Positions 59,653 through 64,000 of a stretch of DNA of 64,000 nucleotides are shown piece after piece. The notes under the pieces were generated by a model. That model saw only the letters and a list, made by a program, of their open reading frames with translations, was not told where the DNA came from and ran no database searches. The position numbers and the translations under genes are program-made. The stretch's first letter is position 1. Every line of letters begins with the position of its first letter. Source of the stretch: a virus; IMG/VR virus record IMGVR_UViG_3300022220_000003, positions 1-64,000 of that record. One strand, given 5' to 3'.

Positions 59653-60672
59653 ATGAACATCGGGGCCCTGTTTGATCAGGTCCGAGCCACCGATCAAGCC
59701 GTGGCCAAGGCTCTCGGGATCTCGGAGGTGGCGCAAATTGCCCGGACCGAGACGCGCCTCCGTGAATACCTCTTGGCCGAGTGGCAGACCCGAGCCAACA
59801 AGGCGGCGGCCCAAGCCGCAACATTGACCCGCAAGGGGGCTACAGCTCGCCAAGTCAACGCAGCGGTGGCCATGGGTCTCAAACCGTGGGCCGAGGTGGT
59901 GGCCCCCCGTATGGATCGGGAGCTCGCCAAGGTCTACCGGTTGGCCAAGATCGCGGGATGGCGCAAAGCAACAGGCCAAACCAAGGCCCCGTTGACCTAC
60001 GATACCCCGAATTTTGAGCAGATGGCCAAGGCCGCACCCCGTGAGGGATTTGCGGTTTTGCCTACGTTTGACAAGCTTGACATTGACACGGTTGACGCCC
60101 TCACCGAGCAACAGATGTTTTGGCTCGGGGCTCACTACGAGGAAAACGTGGGGGCCACGATAGCTAGCACCGTGTCGGAGGTGATGGCCCAAGAGGGGCG
60201 AAATCGCCAAGTGGCCGCGGTTACGATGCGAGAGCGGCTCGCCGAGACCTTGGGCCAGGTGGTGACCCCGGCCGGGTGGCATGGGTCGGTGCGTCAATAC
60301 ATGGAAGGGGTGGCAGCCAATGCCGCCACCGTGGGCCGGGCCTATGGGCAAGTGGCCGCGTTCAACGAGGCCGGTGTAACACGCTACGAGATCGCAAATC
60401 CCACCGATGAGAGGACTTGTCCGGTTTGCTCGCATATGGACGGTAAAAACTTCACCGTCGAGCAGGCCAACCAACAGATCGCGGCGGAGCTCAAGGCCGA
60501 GAGCAGAGACGATATCAAGTCAACACACCCATGGTACAACTATAAAGAGCTAACGAGTATCAGCCTCAAGGCCGGCAATGTGAGCCCGCAAGACTCCGCG
60601 GCCCTCGCCAAGGCCGGTTTTCCCTTGCCGCCATTCCATTTCAGATGACGTTGCGCCGTTGACGTCAGTTGA
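59653..60672 (+). CDS. Head morphogenesis protein (Mu gpF / SPP1 gp7-like) with an in-frame TGA at 60646 in a conserved Cys position
   Basis: DERTCPVC and PPFHFR-TGA-RC; the family motif is PPxHxxCRC. Confidence 0.75.
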
Positions 60673-60687
60673 CGTCTAGGAGGCCCC

Positions 60688-63243
60688 ATGCAATTGAGCA
60701 CGACCCCAACCCGCAGGCGAGCTCGCCGAGCTCGTGTTGTCAAAACCGTGACCTCGCAAGACCTCGCCACAAGCGGCAAGCTCAAGGATGCGGGTTTGCC
60801 CGGTGGGAGTGGGATCACCGAGTTGTGGGGTCTAGCGGTGAGCAAAACGGCGGCGGCCGAGCTCTTGGTGGGCAAGATCAACACTGTCGCCAAAACGACC
60901 GATTTGGACCTATCAAAACGCACGATGGTGGTGCTCGCCGAGGGCCGGGCCCTCGGGGAGGTGCAGCTCGGCAAAAAGGTTGAGGCGAGGACGTGGGCAA
61001 TCAAATCGGCCAAGGTTTTTGACCGGCCCAAGCCCACCAACATACCGGCGGTGGCCAATGGTGTGGTTAAAGGGGTGCGCCTGCTCGAGCGGCTCAAGGC
61101 TACAGCAATAGAGGAACCGGTAACCAAGAGCCAGGCCAAAACCTACAATCCGCGGCCAGTGGTCGATTCGGTGCTCTTGGCGGACGTGCGGGCCTTAAAA
61201 GAGTGGGGCGAGGAGGTGGCTTTCAAAAAGGCGCTCACCGAGGTGGAGCGGCGGGGCTTGCAGCTCCCCCAGCTCGAGCTTGCCCCCGATACCGATCCCG
61301 AGATCTTGACGTCCACCGAGCTCTTGGAGGCCCACCGAGCGCTACATGTGGCCAAGGGGTGGAGCTCCGAGGACGCGATCAACGTGCATGCCCAGATAGT
61401 GGCCGAGCTCGCCGATCGCGGCATGCCTCACCCCGAGCCACCTCCGGGCCTTGATCAACGCTCCGAGCCGTTGGAGCCGGGCGAGGTCCAGATCACAAAA
61501 GCAGCGGCCGAGGTGGCCTTGGCCGAGCTCGTGGCCTCGGTCGAGCAATATCCGGTTTTGGTCCATAAACGTGTTGAGGGCCGGGCGGTGGTGGTGGCCA
61601 AGACCGGGGATCAAGTCAAAGTGGTCGGTGAGGATGGGACCGATCATACCGCGGAGGTGCCCGAGGTGGCCCGAGCGGTGGCAGCTCTCAAGGCCGAGGC
61701 GGTGGAGCTCGAGGGGGTGCTCGAGCCGTGGCACGGTGGCGAGGTGTTGCAGGTCCAAGATCTCGTTTATGCCGGCCGGGATCTTCGAGATTGGCCGGTA
61801 TCCAAGCGGCTCGAGCGATTGGCCGAGCTCGGTATCGAGCAGGCCACCGCGTCAACGCCGAGCCGGCGGATACCTGTTAACGAGCTCCCCACAATCGAGG
61901 CCACAGACGGCGAGGCTCTCGAGCGGGCGATCCGTGTCGTCAAATCCTTACCCGGGGCGGCGGGCGTGGTGGTGAAGCCCGCAACTTCTATTGACCCGGG
62001 CGAGTGGCTCGAGCTCGAGGCCGAGCCGGTGGCCAAGGTTGCGCTCTCGGGGCCGGTGCCTTTTGTGTGGCGTGGGTCCGAGATCTTGATCGGTACCCCC
62101 GGCGGGCGGAGGGTCGAGCGGTGGCAGCTCGAAGGGGAAGCGGCCGAGGCACAGATCGCCAAACGCCGGGCGCCAATGTCGTGGGGTGCACTGCGGGCCG
62201 AGTCCACCGAGCGAGGGGAGGCGGAGCTCGGGGCGGTCAAGCCGTGGTGCCGCGAGTATTTTTTGCGAGGTGAGCAGGCGGCCCACCGGTTGGTGGTCCG
62301 CAAAATGCAGATCGGCGAGCTACAAAAGGCGGTCCATTCGTACACCCAATGCATGGTTTGCCGAGCGGCCCCTGTAATTGACGTGTTGTGGGCCGATGGC
62401 CGCGGCCGAGCTTGGTTTTGCAAGGGGTGTTATCCCAAATGGATCCACAAGGGCGGAGGCGCCAAGACTCTCGAAGTGATTGGCACCAAGGCAATTATCG
62501 GTGGCCGAGCTCCCGCCAAGTATTCAGACCGCCACAACCGTGTCACAACCACCAAGGCCGCGAGCCCCCACGAGCTCGGCGAGTGGATTGTAATCCGTTC
62601 AAACGACCCCACGCCCATGGTGTTGCAGGCCGAATCAGTAACCAAGCGATGGATCCCACCGCTTGGTGTGTCAGCCTTGCCGCGATCTGTGGCCGAGCAA
62701 GTACCGCTTGATCTCGCCTATTGGCAAGCAGGTACTTTGGTGGAGGCCCGCGAGCTCCGTGATCAACTTGTGTCAAAGATTGACAAGGGGGAGGTTGAGA
62801 TCGATTACTCCGCGGCGTACACACCCAAGCCCGCGTCAGAACCTGTCACACAACCAACTACCGAGCCGGCGGAATTGTTTGTTTCCATTGCCAAAATTGA
62901 CACCGACCGGCAAATCGTGACAGGTATAGTCTTAGAACCGGGCGAGGTCGATGCTCAAAACGATACTATCACTGCCGAGGTTATCGAAAAAGCATCGATC
63001 AATTTTCTGTCCCGGTATAATTCCGAGACTCAACTAGGGTTTATGCACAAAATTTTTGGCGAGATCGGATTGCAGCTCGCCGCCAGTTGGGTAGCACTGA
63101 GTAACCAGACGCTTGGCGGCAAAAAGGTCAAGCGAGGCTCGTGGCTTATGAGCGTCAAGGTTGTGGACCCCAAGTTGTGGGCTCGCGTCAAAAAGGGCGA
63201 GTTTGCGGGGTTCTCGATCGGCGGTGTTGCAAAGGTGCGATAA
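60688..63243 (+). CDS. Multidomain protein: degenerate ATP-dependent ligase-like domain plus C-terminal XkdF-like prohead protease
   Basis: HKRVEG, LEG, QDLVY and GVVVK ligase-like motifs; GIVLEP..VDAQ.D, MH, GSW and GFSIGG protease motifs. Confidence 0.65.
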   Translation: MQLSTTPTRRRARRARVVKTVTSQDLATSGKLKDAGLPGGSGITELWGLAVSKTAAAELLVGKINTVAKTTDLDLSKRTMVVLAEGRALGEVQLGKKVEARTWAIKSAKVFDRPKPTNIPAVANGVVKGVRLLERLKATAIEEPVTKSQAKTYNPRPVVDSVLLADVRALKEWGEEVAFKKALTEVERRGLQLPQLELAPDTDPEILTSTELLEAHRALHVAKGWSSEDAINVHAQIVAELADRGMPHPEPPPGLDQRSEPLEPGEVQITKAAAEVALAELVASVEQYPVLVHKRVEGRAVVVAKTGDQVKVVGEDGTDHTAEVPEVARAVAALKAEAVELEGVLEPWHGGEVLQVQDLVYAGRDLRDWPVSKRLERLAELGIEQATASTPSRRIPVNELPTIEATDGEALERAIRVVKSLPGAAGVVVKPATSIDPGEWLELEAEPVAKVALSGPVPFVWRGSEILIGTPGGRRVERWQLEGEAAEAQIAKRRAPMSWGALRAESTERGEAELGAVKPWCREYFLRGEQAAHRLVVRKMQIGELQKAVHSYTQCMVCRAAPVIDVLWADGRGRAWFCKGCYPKWIHKGGGAKTLEVIGTKAIIGGRAPAKYSDRHNRVTTTKAASPHELGEWIVIRSNDPTPMVLQAESVTKRWIPPLGVSALPRSVAEQVPLDLAYWQAGTLVEARELRDQLVSKIDKGEVEIDYSAAYTPKPASEPVTQPTTEPAELFVSIAKIDTDRQIVTGIVLEPGEVDAQNDTITAEVIEKASINFLSRYNSETQLGFMHKIFGEIGLQLAASWVALSNQTLGGKKVKRGSWLMSVKVVDPKLWARVKKGEFAGFSIGGVAKVR

Positions 63244-64000
63244 ATGGCAACCAAAGAGCAACTGAAGAACGCGCGAGAGTTACTTGATCTAGATGTCAAG
63301 GAAGTCTCGTTGGTGGATAAGCCCGCAAACCTGCGGGAATTTTTGATCGTGAAACGTCGAGCCGAGAGCAATCTCGGTGAGTTTGAGGTTGAGCCCTCGG
63401 TGGTCGAGTGGCTCGACAAAATGGCGGGCACCCCCGGGGCCCCCACTGAGTCAATCCAAGCCCTTGCGGCGGCATTAACAGGAGGCACCCCGATGGAAAC
63501 TGTGGAAATGATCAAGGCTCGCCACGTTTACGAGGTTGAGGTCCAAAAGGCCGGGCAGACCGAGGAGACCCCAGAGCAGCTCGAGCAACGGCACGCGGCG
63601 GAGCTCGAGCAGGTCCAAAAGGCCGACGCCGACAACCCGGCCGAGCCCGAGGCCAAACCGGCGGAGCCGGCGGCCGAGCCAGAGACCAAACCGGCGGAGC
63701 CCGAGGCCAAACCCGAAACCGAGCCCGTGACCAAAAGCGAGCCGGCGGCCGAGCCCGATCTGGATGAGGAGCCGGCGGTCGTGATCAAACGGGATGGTTC
63801 GATCCACGTGGCGGGCCAGACCGTGCAAAAAGCCAAGACGTTTGGCAAAGCCAAAACCGCCACCCTGCAAAACGCGGTGCAGGCCTTGGCCAAGCTTTTG
63901 GGCGATGTGTCCGAGGACGCGCTCAAGTCCGCCATGGCTCCCTACATGGACCCATCCAAAAAGGTGGAGACCACCAAGGCGGCCGATACCGAGCCGGCGG
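63244..64000 (+). CDS. Scaffold / protease-associated protein, cut by the window end
   Basis: ATG follows the previous TAA; EVSLVDKPAN motif then Pro/Glu/Ala-rich repeats; frame open to the end. Confidence 0.65.
   Translation, partial: MATKEQLKNARELLDLDVKEVSLVDKPANLREFLIVKRRAESNLGEFEVEPSVVEWLDKMAGTPGAPTESIQALAAALTGGTPMETVEMIKARHVYEVEVQKAGQTEETPEQLEQRHAAELEQVQKADADNPAEPEAKPAEPAAEPETKPAEPEAKPETEPVTKSEPAAEPDLDEEPAVVIKRDGSIHVAGQTVQKAKTFGKAKTATLQNAVQALAKLLGDVSEDALKSAMAPYMDPSKKVETTKAADTEPA

Noticed and set aside
59653-60672. Genome-wide UGA reassignment
   Set aside because: TGA is the normal stop of many genes here (thyX, terL, polA) with ATGA coupling; only this TGA interrupts a conserved motif.
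56288-62423. Long antisense ORFs over terL, portal and head genes
   Set aside because: Shadow ORFs expected from high-GC codon bias opposite well-supported genes.

Overview
This window is 64 kb of a tailed dsDNA phage genome with no host housekeeping genes; both ends fall inside structural genes. Gene order: tail fibre and lysis block (1-7.6 kb); minimal tyrosine recombinase; small accessory genes with HU/IHF, DEDDh exonuclease, two orphan DNA methyltransferases and Tmk (8-19 kb); type Ib par locus (20-21 kb); a modular early-gene region (23-37 kb); putative origin, primase-helicase, ThyX, PD-(D/E)XK nuclease, SF2 helicase, SSB-like protein, PolA and RuvC-like resolvase (37-54 kb); terminase, portal, head morphogenesis and protease genes (54-64 kb). 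The par locus suggests a phage-plasmid. The main discovery is non-coding: five homologous 350-430 bp bidirectional cassettes. Each ends in outward-facing sigma54 (-24/-12) boxes overlapped by a GCATACT-W-AGTATGC palindrome, has an IHF consensus site, and carries three CTATGAC-N6-GTCATAG palindromes at conserved helical spacing (68/66 bp; 79/77 bp in one cassette). Five of the ten flanking genes are predicted to be leaderless. The theme is supported by more sigma54 boxes, a triple NtrC-type box array, two stand-alone Fis-type HTH proteins and an HU/IHF homologue. Other leads: a possible selenocysteine UGA with a SECIS-like hairpin in the gpF-like gene, a stand-alone MshEN-like protein in the lysis block, inverted copies of gene start regions, shared 5'/3' RNA elements, a tRNA-like element and a 6S-like or attenuator RNA. 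All calls come from reading motifs by eye; no database searches were run, and no AAA+ sigma54 activator is visible in the window.
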